Positions 25,037 through 34,449 of a stretch of 64,000 bases of DNA are shown one piece after another. This DNA comes from an uncultured Elusimicrobia bacterium. GTDB lineage: Bacteria > Elusimicrobiota > Elusimicrobia > UBA1565 > UBA9628. The DNA lies in contig CAYHPY010000001.1 in NCBI GenBank assembly GCA_964358485.1, positions 17,382-81,381 on the forward strand. Direction: 5' to 3'. Each line of letters opens with the position of its first letter. The first letter of the stretch is position 1. A model generated the notes under the pieces. That model was given only the letters and a program-made list of their open reading frames with translations. It searched no databases and was not told where the DNA came from. The translations under genes and the position numbers were made by a program.

Positions 25037-25950
25037 GATCCCTTGAGCGATTTTAGGACCTTCTCGGTCAGGTCCACGGCCTCGTGGCCGAAGAGGATGG
25101 CTCCCTTGTCCACCACGACGCTGATGCCTTCCCGTCGCGCGGTCTCCTGGACCGCCTTGTGAATTTTCCCCAGCAGGATCTCGGTGCGCCGGCTTTCCAG
25201 GTCCATGAGGTTCTTCTCGGCGGCCGCTTGATGCTCTTTAAAATCCCGTTCCCGGGTCTCAAGCTCCCGGGTTTTGACGGCCAGTTTCTCGGCGAGTTCG
25301 GCCAGGGCTCCGGCATGGGCGGCGGGGGCGGGGGGCGGCGGGGGAACGGGCGCGGGAACCGGGGCGGGGGCGACGGCGGGGGTGGAGGTTTGGACCTCGG
25401 TAGTGATCACGACGCCGGAGGCGGCCGGGGCGGCCAGGCCCGGAAGGGCTGCGACGGCGGTCCGGGTGGAGAGCAGGGCGTCCAGGGCCGCCTGGTCGGA
25501 GCCGCCCTTGGTGGACACGGTCAAGCCTTCCTGGGCGAGGAGCGCGGCGGCGGCCGAGAGGGTTTCCTTGGAAGCGGCGCCGATGGCGGCCGCGGGGGCC
25601 GGAGTTTCGGTGGGGGGCGCCGCGGGCGCGGGACTGGGCGGGGCGACAGGCGGGGGCGGCGCCAGATTTTTAAGCGCCTCCTGCTCGGCCCGTAGGCGAG
25701 AGATTTCGTTTTTGAGCTTGAGAATCTCAGCTTTCCGCAGGCCGACCTGTTCCTCGGCTTGGCGGATGACCTCCTCGAAATGCTCCTTGGCCCGCAGGGT
25801 CTCCGGAAAAAGCCGGTATACCCTGCGCATGTCCACGAAGCCGATGTTGCCCCGCTGGGCCCTGTTCTCCTCCAACGATAGTTCTATGGCGGGCGATTGG
25901 CGCGTTAGCGCCAAGAGCACGCCGAGAACTATCATTGCTGTATTTTTCAT
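25033..25950 (-). CDS. skp: Skp/OmpH-family periplasmic chaperone carrying a ~120-aa Pro/Ala-rich insertion.
   Basis: Signal peptide. OmpH-like coiled-coil N- and C-terminal segments (…[11 protein letters not shown]… and …[27 protein letters not shown]). The central region is [16 protein letters not shown]…[15 protein letters not shown] low-complexity sequence. Confidence 0.7.
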   Translation of the reverse strand: MKNTAMIVLGVLLALTRQSPAIELSLEENRAQRGNIGFVDMRRVYRLFPETLRAKEHFEEVIRQAEEQVGLRKAEILKLKNEISRLRAEQEALKNLAPPPPVAPPSPAPAAPPTETPAPAAAIGAASKETLSAAAALLAQEGLTVSTKGGSDQAALDALLSTRTAVAALPGLAAPAASGVVITTEVQTSTPAVAPAPVPAPVPPPPPAPAAHAGALAELAEKLAVKTRELETRERDFKEHQAAAEKNLMDLESRRTEILLGKIHKAVQETARREGISVVVDKGAILFGHEAVDLTEKVLKSLKGS

Positions 25951-25977
25951 CCGTTGTCGAACTTTTTGTTCAGCTGT

Positions 25978-28512
25978 TTAAAATAGATTCCCCAACCCGA
26001 AGTTGATCTGGTAAAGCCTCTCTCCCGGCCGGTGGTTGAGGCCGTAGCCGTAGTCCAGGCGGATCGGAAACGCGGGGGTCGTGAAGCGCAGGCCGATGCC
26101 GACGTTGGTCTTGAGATCCCGCATGCCGGTGCCGATCCGCATTTTGATGTCCTGAGGCCGGTCCCATGCCGAGCCCATGTCGAAGAAGGCCACCAATTTG
26201 ACGATGCTTCGCCGCCGCTCGCGCGCCAAGGGGAATCCGAATTCGACGTTGAGGACCTCGGAAACCTTGCCGCCGGAGGGAAACCCCACCTCTCCGGACG
26301 CCGCGTAGCCCCGCAGGGAGTCCTGTCCGCCCACGAAGAAGCGCTCGTTGACCGGCACCACCTTTGTCGGGCCGAACGGGGTGATGTAGGAAAGGCGGTT
26401 GAGCATCGCCAGCACGAAAGGGTAGTCCGCGATGGAGAAGACCGTGTGGTAGATCGAGTTGTTGAGGGACGGCTTGAAGAAATGGATGTGGCCCCCGACC
26501 GGCCCGCCGGAGAATTGGGCGCCCAGGGAGTGCCGGCTGCCGCGGGTCGTGTCCCAGATGTTGTCCCGGGTGTCCCGGGCCATGGCCGCGCCCACGACCG
26601 ACTGCACCTGGGTCCCCTCGGAAAGGATTCCCCGGAAGAGGTCTTGGACGCTGTCGATGGTGATTTGCCGGTAGGTGTAGGCCAGGTCCAGGTGGTACTT
26701 GTCGGCTTGGAACCGCGGCCCGAGGTTGATCGAGCCGCCGCGCTGTTTGAGGGTGTAGGCCGAGAGCGAGGTCTGGAAAGGCTGAATCCGCCGGTTGTTG
26801 AAGACCTCCAGGCCGAGGCTCGTGGATTTGTCCGACTTCCAGGGGGTCCAGGAATAGGCGTCCAGCCAGGGCATGTAATAGGAGACGGTGAAGTCCTGAA
26901 CCCGGCCGCCGAACTGCCACTGGACGTTGCTGCGGTGCGCCACGCCCCAGAGATTCATGTGGGCCAAGGAAAGCGTTCCGATGAAGCCGTCCACCGAGGA
27001 GAAGGCCGCCCCGGCCGTCAGCAGGCCCGGCTTGCCTTCCACCACGTCGAAGATCACGTCCACCTTTTCCGGGTCCGGGCGGGGCTGGAGGTCCACCCCC
27101 ACGTCATCGATGAACCCCAGGTTCATGATCCGCTCGCGGCTGCGCCGGATGCGGGAGGCCGAGAAGGCCTCGCCCGGCTTGACGATCAATTCGCGCTTGA
27201 GGACCCGGGTCTTAGTGGCCTTGTTGCCCTCCAAGTCCACGTGGTCGATGTAGACGATGTTGCCTTCCGTGACCTTGTACTCCACGTCCATGAGGTCGGT
27301 CTTGGGGTTGAGGGTCTTGTTCGGCTTGACCCGGGCGTGGAGGCGTCCTTTCTCGGCGTAGAGCTCCTGCACGCCGCGGACGGTCTCTTCGTAGCGCTCC
27401 TGGTTGAAGATCTTGCCCCGGCGGTACTCGATGGCCTTGGCCAGCTCGGTCGAGGTGTAGATGATGTTGCCCGAGAAGGAACTGTCGCCGAACTTGTACT
27501 GCCGCCCCTCGGTCAGCGGGATGACGATGGTGATCTCGGTCTTGTCCGGGTTGTAGGTCCAGGCGGCCGAGCCCACGGACACGTCCAGGTAGCCGTTGTT
27601 GAGGTAGAAGGTCTCGATTTTTTTGACGTCCTCGGGCAGTTCCTTTTCCAAAAAGACCTTTTTCCGGCGGTTTTTCATCTGCTTGAGGACCTTCTTGGGC
27701 TTGAAGGATTTGACCGTCTCGATGCGGATTTCCTTGATCTTGGATTTGGGGCCCTCGACGATGGTGTAGATGACGTCGGCCATCATGGTGGAGGTGTCCA
27801 GGTCCACGCGCGAGCTGACCGTGGCCTCCAGGAAGCCCTTGTCCTTGTATTTCTCGAGAATCTTGTCCTCGTCCTCCCGCAGCTTGATGGAATCGACGGG
27901 GTCCTTGGCTTTGATGGTGGCCGCGTCGCCCAGGGTGCCTTTGCCGACCTTCTTGTTGCCTTCGAAAATGATCTTCCGGGCCAGGGGTTTTTCCTTGACG
28001 ATGAAGGTGAGCAGAATCTGGTGTTCGGCCCCGGCCACCTTCCGGAAATTCTCCGGGATGGGCTTGTCGGTCAGGGTCACGTCGGCCTGGACGCGCTCGA
28101 AGTTTCCCAGGCCGTAGATGGACTGGATGTCGCGGTCCAGGTCGGGCTTGTCGTAAAGATCGCCCTTTTTGGCCTTGACCTGGGAGCGAACTACCGTGAA
28201 TTTGACGTTCTTGTTGCCCTGGACGGCGATTTCGCCCAGCACCCAGGGGCGGGGGACCTCGGGGGACTCAAGGGCGGCGGCCGTGGAGACCGCGACCGCG
28301 GCGGTGGAAAGGTTCACCCCGGAGGCGGCGGAGGAGGAGACCCAAACCGCGGTTTGCGTGGAAATCGCGGTAAAAGTCGAGATCGCGGGGATGCCGGGGA
28401 GGGTGATGGTGGAGACTTGGGGCGGCGTTACGGCGGTGCCGGTGGACGCCGCCGGCACGGCCGGTTGGGACCAGGCCGCCGCCGCCAGGAGAATCCGCAT
28501 GGCAAGTATCAT
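25978..28512 (-). CDS. bamA: Outer-membrane protein assembly factor BamA.
   Basis: 844 aa. Multiple POTRA repeats and a C-terminal Omp85 beta-barrel (…RLDYGYGLNHRPGERLYQINFGLGNLF ends in a terminal F). Canonical position upstream of skp-lpxD. Confidence 0.9.
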   Translation of the reverse strand: MILAMRILLAAAAWSQPAVPAASTGTAVTPPQVSTITLPGIPAISTFTAISTQTAVWVSSSAASGVNLSTAAVAVSTAAALESPEVPRPWVLGEIAVQGNKNVKFTVVRSQVKAKKGDLYDKPDLDRDIQSIYGLGNFERVQADVTLTDKPIPENFRKVAGAEHQILLTFIVKEKPLARKIIFEGNKKVGKGTLGDAATIKAKDPVDSIKLREDEDKILEKYKDKGFLEATVSSRVDLDTSTMMADVIYTIVEGPKSKIKEIRIETVKSFKPKKVLKQMKNRRKKVFLEKELPEDVKKIETFYLNNGYLDVSVGSAAWTYNPDKTEITIVIPLTEGRQYKFGDSSFSGNIIYTSTELAKAIEYRRGKIFNQERYEETVRGVQELYAEKGRLHARVKPNKTLNPKTDLMDVEYKVTEGNIVYIDHVDLEGNKATKTRVLKRELIVKPGEAFSASRIRRSRERIMNLGFIDDVGVDLQPRPDPEKVDVIFDVVEGKPGLLTAGAAFSSVDGFIGTLSLAHMNLWGVAHRSNVQWQFGGRVQDFTVSYYMPWLDAYSWTPWKSDKSTSLGLEVFNNRRIQPFQTSLSAYTLKQRGGSINLGPRFQADKYHLDLAYTYRQITIDSVQDLFRGILSEGTQVQSVVGAAMARDTRDNIWDTTRGSRHSLGAQFSGGPVGGHIHFFKPSLNNSIYHTVFSIADYPFVLAMLNRLSYITPFGPTKVVPVNERFFVGGQDSLRGYAASGEVGFPSGGKVSEVLNVEFGFPLARERRRSIVKLVAFFDMGSAWDRPQDIKMRIGTGMRDLKTNVGIGLRFTTPAFPIRLDYGYGLNHRPGERLYQINFGLGNLF

Positions 28513-28571
28513 CTCCGGGCGTCCCGGAGATGCCTAAAATCCGTGGAAAAAGTCACGCCGTCAGAGTATAC

Positions 28572-28608
28572 TAAAAAGGAAGGGCCCCAAGCGGGGCCCT
28601 TCCTTTTT
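28572..28608. terminator. Bidirectional intrinsic terminator ending the inositol operon.
   Basis: AAAAAGGAAGGGCCCC-AAGC-GGGGCCCTTCCTTTTT. A 13-bp GC-rich stem flanked by A5 and T5 runs, located 43 bp past the MIPS stop. Confidence 0.8.
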
Positions 28609-28650
28609 GCCTCTCTTGTTCCGTTTTCTCTATTGTTTTTCTGTATTTTT

Positions 28651-30084
28651 TTATTTCGGCGTCAGCCGTTTCCCCGGCTTGTTGGCCGGTTTCAGGGCTT
28701 TCTTCGGCGGCGTCGCCGGCTCCGGGGTCCCCAACTCCGGGTCGTAGTAATCCAAGCCGGAATGGTCCAGCACTTCCTCGCCCATCAACAGGCGCAGGGT
28801 GTTCTTGAGCTTCAAGTGCTGGATGAACAGGTCGTGCTCGGGCTGAAGGTCCGGGCGGCATTGGGGGGACTTGAAGTAGAAGGACAGCCACTCCTGGATG
28901 CCCTTGAGGCCCGCCCGCTTGGCCAGGTCCATGAAGAGCACCAGGTCCAGGACGATCGGCGCGGCCAGAATCGAGTCCCGGCAGAGGAAGTTGATCTTGA
29001 CCTGCATGGGGTACCCCAGCCAGCCCGCGATGTCGATGTTGTCCCAGCCTTCCTTGGCGTCGCCGCGGGGGGGGTAATAGTCGATGCGGACCTTGTGGTG
29101 GTACTTGCCGTAGAGCTCCGGATACAGGGCGGGCTCCAGGATGGTGTCCAACACCGACATCTTGCTGAGTTCCTTGGTTTTGAAGGAGCCCGGGTCGTCG
29201 AGGACCTCGCCGTCCCGGTTGCCCAAAATGTTCGTCGAGTACCAGCCGCGCAGGGCCAGCATCCGGGCCTTGAGCATGGGGGCGATGGTGGTCTTCATCA
29301 GAGTCTGGCCGGTCTTGAAGTCCTTGCCGCCGATGGGGGCGCCGGTCTTTTCGGCCAATTCGACCAGGGCCGGGACGTCGCCGCTCAAGTTGGGGGCTCC
29401 GTTGGCGTAGGGGATGCCCTGGGAGACCGCGGCGTAGGCGTAGATCATGGATGGGGGGATGTCCGGGGAGTCGGCTTTCATCGCCGCTTCCAGGCCCGCC
29501 AGGGACTCGTGGGCCGGGGAGTCCTTGGGCAGGACTTCCGTGGACCCGCACCAGACCATGACCAAGCGGTCCACGCCGGTCCGCTTTTTAAAGCTTTGGA
29601 TGTCGGCGATCACCTGCTGGGCCAGCTCCCAGCGCGTGGCTTTTTTCTTGGCGTTGGTGGCCTTGAGGTTCTTGATGTAGGCCGGATCAAAGACCGCCGT
29701 CATGGGCTTGATCTGCTCGAGCGCCGCCTTGACCGGCTCGATCTGGGTCCGTTCCAGCACGCCGCACTTGAGCGCCGCTTCCCACATGTTGTCGGGGAAC
29801 AGGTCCCAGCCCCCGAACACCAGGTCCTTGAGGCCCGCCAAGGGCACGAAATCCTTGATGAGGGGGTGTCGGTCCTCATAGCGCTTGCCCAGGCGGATGG
29901 TCTGCAGTTGGGTGACCGAGCCGATGGGCGTGCCCAGGCCGCGCCGGCAGAGCTCGACGCCGGCGATGAAGGTGCTGGTGACGGCGCCCATGCCGGGAAG
30001 CAGGACTCCGAGTTTTCCGCGCGCGGGAAGAATCCGTTGGGGTTTTGCGCCCGAGCCGCCGTTTCCGGTTTTCATGATTTTCAA
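28651..30084 (-). CDS. myo-inositol-1-phosphate synthase family protein (inositol-3-phosphate synthase) with a Lys/Pro-rich C-terminal tail.
   Basis: The Rossmann N-terminus (GVLLPGMGAVTSTFIAG) and overall architecture resemble bacterial and archaeal MIPS (Ino1). The C-terminal ~35 aa are TPEPATPPKKALKPANKPGKRLTPK. Confidence 0.65.
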   Translation of the reverse strand: MKIMKTGNGGSGAKPQRILPARGKLGVLLPGMGAVTSTFIAGVELCRRGLGTPIGSVTQLQTIRLGKRYEDRHPLIKDFVPLAGLKDLVFGGWDLFPDNMWEAALKCGVLERTQIEPVKAALEQIKPMTAVFDPAYIKNLKATNAKKKATRWELAQQVIADIQSFKKRTGVDRLVMVWCGSTEVLPKDSPAHESLAGLEAAMKADSPDIPPSMIYAYAAVSQGIPYANGAPNLSGDVPALVELAEKTGAPIGGKDFKTGQTLMKTTIAPMLKARMLALRGWYSTNILGNRDGEVLDDPGSFKTKELSKMSVLDTILEPALYPELYGKYHHKVRIDYYPPRGDAKEGWDNIDIAGWLGYPMQVKINFLCRDSILAAPIVLDLVLFMDLAKRAGLKGIQEWLSFYFKSPQCRPDLQPEHDLFIQHLKLKNTLRLLMGEEVLDHSGLDYYDPELGTPEPATPPKKALKPANKPGKRLTPK

Positions 30085-30088
30085 CCTC

Positions 30089-31243
30089 TCAAGTCGTTTG
30101 GGATTGGCTCACGGCGGAGGACGACTGCCCGCGAGGAAGCAGGGTCACCGCCAGGAACAGGGGGGCGCCGATGGCGCCCGCCCATAAGAAATAGTAGGTC
30201 CAGCCGAAACCGGCCATGACCAGCAAAAGGTAGATGAAATCCCGCTGGGCCAGAAATTGCTCGATTTTTTGGATCAGGGAGTCCGCGTTTTCCTCCGGGT
30301 CGGGCAGGCCCTCGCGGCGCGCGCGCAGGCTGGACAGCTTCCGGGCGTAGGCCCGGGCCGCCGACCCGATGATTCCGGCCCCCGCGGCCAGGCCCAGAAC
30401 CAGGGCGGCGGGGCGGCTTCCGGCCCGGATAAATCCCAGGGCCAGGCAGGCGAACAGCGAGATGTGGACAAGGTTGTCTCCCCAGAAGTCGATGTCGGCG
30501 CCGAAATCGGATTCCTGGAAGCGGATTCGGGCCAGCTCGCCGTCGCAGCCGTCCAGGACGGAGTGCAGCCAGACGAGCGCGGCCCCGACCATTCCCGCCG
30601 CCGCCCCCGGGGCCAGAAAGCAGAAGGTTCCGAGAAGGCCGATGATGGAGCTTAGGACCGTCATTTGATTGGGGCTGACCGGGCGGTCGATGATCGCGCG
30701 GGTGAAGGCCAGGGAGATGTAGCGGTCAAAATTGCGGGCCATGAAGCCGTCCTGGGATTTAAATCCCAGGGATAACAGCCAATCCTGCACCGGGCCTTCG
30801 TCCATCGGCAGTTGGAGCAGGACGGTCGAGCCGTCCGGGAGCGGCTGTTTGCGAAACGCGGCGGCATCCTCGGTCCGGAAGGGGATCACCTGGATCACCG
30901 AGACGTCGGAGGCGTCGTGGAGGGAGACATGGACCGGGTAGCCGGCGCCGGCGACGTAGCGCAGGGTTTCCTCACGGATGAAATAGTCCCCGGAGATGGC
31001 CAGGTAGGGGGGCTCGAAGCTCAGTTCCTCATCGCCCCGGCGCGCGGCCCAATTGACCTCGAGGCCCGCGGGCGGGCGCAAGGCGGCGAGGCGTTCCTCC
31101 GAGGGCCGCCGGCCCGCGATCCAGACCCTTTTGAGCCCGGCGCGCTTGAGGGTGTGGAGCTGGCGCTCCAGGACCGAGAGTCCGGCCGTCCGCTCGAAGG
31201 GCAGCTTCTCCCGGTTGACCCAGATGACCGCGTTTTCGATCAT
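30089..31243 (-). CDS. CDP-alcohol phosphatidyltransferase with an N-terminal degenerate nucleotidyltransferase-like domain (DIPPS or PIP-synthase-like).
   Basis: CDP-OH phosphotransferase signature DGCDGELAR(x8)G(x3)D... within a six-TM C-terminal half. The soluble N-terminal half (MIENAVIWVNRE…) is NTP-transferase-like but lacks the G-x-G-x-R loop. The start ATG overlaps the upstream stop (ATGA). Confidence 0.7.
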   Translation of the reverse strand: MIENAVIWVNREKLPFERTAGLSVLERQLHTLKRAGLKRVWIAGRRPSEERLAALRPPAGLEVNWAARRGDEELSFEPPYLAISGDYFIREETLRYVAGAGYPVHVSLHDASDVSVIQVIPFRTEDAAAFRKQPLPDGSTVLLQLPMDEGPVQDWLLSLGFKSQDGFMARNFDRYISLAFTRAIIDRPVSPNQMTVLSSIIGLLGTFCFLAPGAAAGMVGAALVWLHSVLDGCDGELARIRFQESDFGADIDFWGDNLVHISLFACLALGFIRAGSRPAALVLGLAAGAGIIGSAARAYARKLSSLRARREGLPDPEENADSLIQKIEQFLAQRDFIYLLLVMAGFGWTYYFLWAGAIGAPLFLAVTLLPRGQSSSAVSQSQTT

Positions 31244-32259
31244 CGCAGGGCCGCCACCGCCGGACGGCTCCGGGTCGCCGGGGCGTAGATCTTGCGAAGG
31301 GCCGAAACGCAAAAACGAGCTTCCTTCAAGTTCTCGAAACGCCTGCGGGGCTGGGAAAGTTCGGCGTGAAAATCCGCCAGCATGGCGGCCAGCCACTCCG
31401 GGTGGGCCGAGCCCGCGGAGATTTTTTCCGGGAAGTCGAACCGCTCTTGCCGGCCGTCCCGCCGGAGGATGAGATGGTCGTCCCGGAGCTCCAGGACTCC
31501 CTTGCGCCCCTCGATGAGGCCCCCATTGGAGCGCTCGGCGGCGCGCCAAGTCAGCCGGAGCAGGGCCGAGGCGGAGGGAAACTTCAGCAGGACCGTGGCC
31601 TCCTCCTCCACGGCGTCGGGCCCGGGCCGGCGAAGATCGGCGGAAATTCCGACGGGGTCCTCGCCGATCAGGCGGAAGATCTGGTAGAGGGCATGCCAGC
31701 CGTGGTCGACCGCGATGCCCCCTCCGGAGAGCGCGGCTTGGGCGCGCCAGGAGCCCGGGTTGGCCTGTCCGGCGGGCTGGGTGCGCAGGGTGTGGAGCTC
31801 GACGTGGGAGATTTTCCCCAAGGCGCCGCCTTGGACGAGCTCGGCGGCCTTGAGCCAGAGCGGGGAGAACGCCCAGTTGTGGACGGTGAAGACCGTTTTG
31901 CCCCGGCGCCGGGCCGAGGCCTCGATTTTCTCCAAGTCGGGGAGTCCGAGGGCCAGGGGTTTTTCGCAGAGCACGTGAAGGCCGCGGCTGAGCGCCTGGA
32001 GGACCAGGGGGGCGTGGGAGGAGGGAGGGGTGGCGATGACGACGAAATCCAGGGCGGACTCGGAACGGAAAAGGGAAGCCCCGTCGGGATAGAAACGAGC
32101 CTTGGGGAGAAGAATGCGGGCCCGGTCCAAACGGGAGGCAACGGAATCGGCAACGGAATCCAAACGGAAATGGACATTCCCGGCAAAGCCGGGAACGTGG
32201 GCCATCTCCACCACCTGCCCAAAGCCGATGAGGCCGCCGCGCCAGATTCTGTCAGCCAT
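31240..32259 (-). CDS. Gfo/Idh/MocA-family oxidoreductase, candidate inositol or inosose dehydrogenase.
   Basis: Rossmann fold GLIGFGQV… and the EKP motif (LCEKPLA). The family includes IolG myo-inositol 2-dehydrogenase. Overlaps the next gene at both ends. Confidence 0.7.
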   Translation of the reverse strand: MADRIWRGGLIGFGQVVEMAHVPGFAGNVHFRLDSVADSVASRLDRARILLPKARFYPDGASLFRSESALDFVVIATPPSSHAPLVLQALSRGLHVLCEKPLALGLPDLEKIEASARRRGKTVFTVHNWAFSPLWLKAAELVQGGALGKISHVELHTLRTQPAGQANPGSWRAQAALSGGGIAVDHGWHALYQIFRLIGEDPVGISADLRRPGPDAVEEEATVLLKFPSASALLRLTWRAAERSNGGLIEGRKGVLELRDDHLILRRDGRQERFDFPEKISAGSAHPEWLAAMLADFHAELSQPRRRFENLKEARFCVSALRKIYAPATRSRPAVAALR

Positions 32260-33586
32260 GCCGCTTGTAGACCGCCATTAGGGATTCTTCCAGGATGTCG
32301 GCCCCGCGCATCGCTTCATCATGCGTGATGACCAGCGGGGGGTTGATCCGCAGGGAGGCGTTATAGGCCATGGTGACCAATCCTCGGGACAGCGCGGTCT
32401 CGAAGATTTCCCGGCAGATCGGCGCGGGCAGGGGCTCCTTGGTCTTGGGGTTCTTGACCAGTTCGACGCCGATGAGCAGCCCTTTGCCGCGGACGTCGCC
32501 GATCCAGGGAAGGCGGCCCGCCATGGCCTGCAGGCGCTTGAGAAGCGCGGCGCCGACCTTGCGGGAATTCTCGACCAGTTTTTCGGAGAGGATGATCGAC
32601 AGGGCCGCGTCGCAGGCCGCCGAGGCCAGGGGATTGCCGCCGTAGCTCGACGAGGACCCCGAGGGGGCGGCCCAGGGCAGGGAGCTGGCGGTCTCGGTGG
32701 AGGCGATGACGCCCGACACCGGAAAGCCCCCGGCGATGCCCTTGCCGACCGTCATGATGTCGGGAACGACCCCGTCGTGCTCGCAGGCAAACATGGCCCC
32801 GGTCCGGCCGAAGCCCGTGATCATCTCGTCGGCGATCAGCAGGGCCTCCTGCTCGCGGCAAAGGTCCTTGAGGCTTTTTAGAAATCCCGCCGGAGGGATG
32901 ACGTTTCCCGCCGTCCCTTGAATCGGCTCGACGATGATCGCGGCCAGGGCCCCGGAGGTCGCGCGGCGCAGGGTTTGCCGGAGGAAATCCAGGCAGTGGC
33001 CCGCGCAGTCATGCTCGCCGGAGGCTCCGAAGGGGCAGCGGTAGGGATTGGGATAAGGGGAGAGGTAAACCCCGGGCATGAGCGGCCCCAGGCCGTGCTT
33101 GAAGGCGTCGCCCAGCAGGCCCAGCACGCCGCCCGTCTTGCCGTGGAAGCCTCCCCAGAAGGAGACGACCTCGAATTTCTTGGTCCGGCTCTTGGCCAGG
33201 CGCAGGGCCGCCTCGACGGCTTCGGCCCCGGAGGAATAAAGCTGAATCCGGTTCAGGTCCCCGGGGGTGACCTTTGCCAGGTTCTTGACGAAGGAAAGCC
33301 GGGCCTTGGTCGTGAAGCTTCCCACCGTCAAGCGCGCGGCCTGCTCGGCCAAGCGCCGGGCGTACTCGGGGTGGCCGTGGCCGACTGAGGCCACGCAGAT
33401 GCCCGCCACGAAATCCAGGTACTCGCGCCCGTCCTCATCCTTGAGGACGCAGCCGCGGCCGCTCTCCATGGCCAGTTTGGAGTACAGGGCGATCGATTGC
33501 AGGCCCGGGGCCAGGTAATCCTGTTCCTCCTCGAAGAGGGCCAGGGATTTGGGTCCCGCGGAAAAGGCCGCCGCCGAGCGCTTCAT
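32252..33586 (-). CDS. Class-III (ornithine/GABA-type) PLP-dependent aminotransferase.
   Basis: LIADEMITGFGRTGAMFACEHDGVVPDIMTVGKGIAGGFPVSGV carries the PLP-lysine motif typical of aminotransferase class III. Confidence 0.8.
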   Translation of the reverse strand: MKRSAAAFSAGPKSLALFEEEQDYLAPGLQSIALYSKLAMESGRGCVLKDEDGREYLDFVAGICVASVGHGHPEYARRLAEQAARLTVGSFTTKARLSFVKNLAKVTPGDLNRIQLYSSGAEAVEAALRLAKSRTKKFEVVSFWGGFHGKTGGVLGLLGDAFKHGLGPLMPGVYLSPYPNPYRCPFGASGEHDCAGHCLDFLRQTLRRATSGALAAIIVEPIQGTAGNVIPPAGFLKSLKDLCREQEALLIADEMITGFGRTGAMFACEHDGVVPDIMTVGKGIAGGFPVSGVIASTETASSLPWAAPSGSSSSYGGNPLASAACDAALSIILSEKLVENSRKVGAALLKRLQAMAGRLPWIGDVRGKGLLIGVELVKNPKTKEPLPAPICREIFETALSRGLVTMAYNASLRINPPLVITHDEAMRGADILEESLMAVYKRHG

Positions 33587-34449
33587 CGCGTGTCCGCCAG
33601 TTCCCCGCGGAGCAGGCGCAGGCGGGAGCTCAGCTTCCAGGCGATCTGCCGGCAGGCCTCCCCGCGGACCTTGGCGAAGCTAGGCCAGGAGTTGACGTCG
33701 ATCAAGGTGACGGTTCCCGAGGGGGAGACGATGGCGTCCCCGCCGAAAATCTCCAGGCCCAGGGCCGCCGCGCCCTTGGCGGCCAGCGCCGCCAGGTGGT
33801 CGATGACAAACGGGATTCGTCGGGCAGTTTCCGGATCGTGGTAGAACCAGGTGAACCACTGGCCCGGACCGACGCCGTAGAACTTGATCAGGTCCCCGTC
33901 GAGATGCTGCTGGAGCACCAGATGGGCGATTTCCCGCTGGGCGAAGTCCGCGCGGATCATTTCCGCCTCGGCGGCGTCGCGCGCGAAAACCACGTCGTGG
34001 CTGCAGGTGTTGTGGACGTCGCCGCGTTTGACCCAGAAGCCGGAGGGCGCCTGGAAGGCCGTCGGGGCCAGGGGGCCCGGGATGGAGGCGGGCAGGATCT
34101 GCGTCGGCGGGAAGGTGATGGTCCGGTCCTTCGAGAACGCGTCGACCATCCGGGTCCGGTAGCAGGAGAGGACCGCGTCGGGAGGATTGAGCACCAGCGG
34201 GCCGCCTTGCGCGGGGGACGGCAACGCCTTGAGCCGCATCAGGCGGGAGTAGGACTCGCACATGGGGACGATGAGATCCCAACCGTTGAGGTCCGCGGAG
34301 TCGGCCTCTTCGGGGGTCAGCAGTTCCGTGCGGATGCGCAAGCCGTCCAGCTCGCCCATGACCGCCCGCAGGATCAGGGCGTCGTCATCCTCGCGGGCCG
34401 GCGAGTTGGTCAGCTCCCGGTATATTCCCAACGCCTTCAAGCTTTCCAT
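33583..34449 (-). CDS. ATP-grasp protein, inositol-phosphate kinase (ITPK1)-like.
   Basis: ATP-grasp hallmarks: FWVKRGDVH, LVLQQHLDGDLIKFY and IFGGDAIVSPSGTVTLIDVNSWPSF. The last resembles the ITPK1 DVNxFPG motif. Confidence 0.5.
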   Translation of the reverse strand: MESLKALGIYRELTNSPAREDDDALILRAVMGELDGLRIRTELLTPEEADSADLNGWDLIVPMCESYSRLMRLKALPSPAQGGPLVLNPPDAVLSCYRTRMVDAFSKDRTITFPPTQILPASIPGPLAPTAFQAPSGFWVKRGDVHNTCSHDVVFARDAAEAEMIRADFAQREIAHLVLQQHLDGDLIKFYGVGPGQWFTWFYHDPETARRIPFVIDHLAALAAKGAAALGLEIFGGDAIVSPSGTVTLIDVNSWPSFAKVRGEACRQIAWKLSSRLRLLRGELADTR

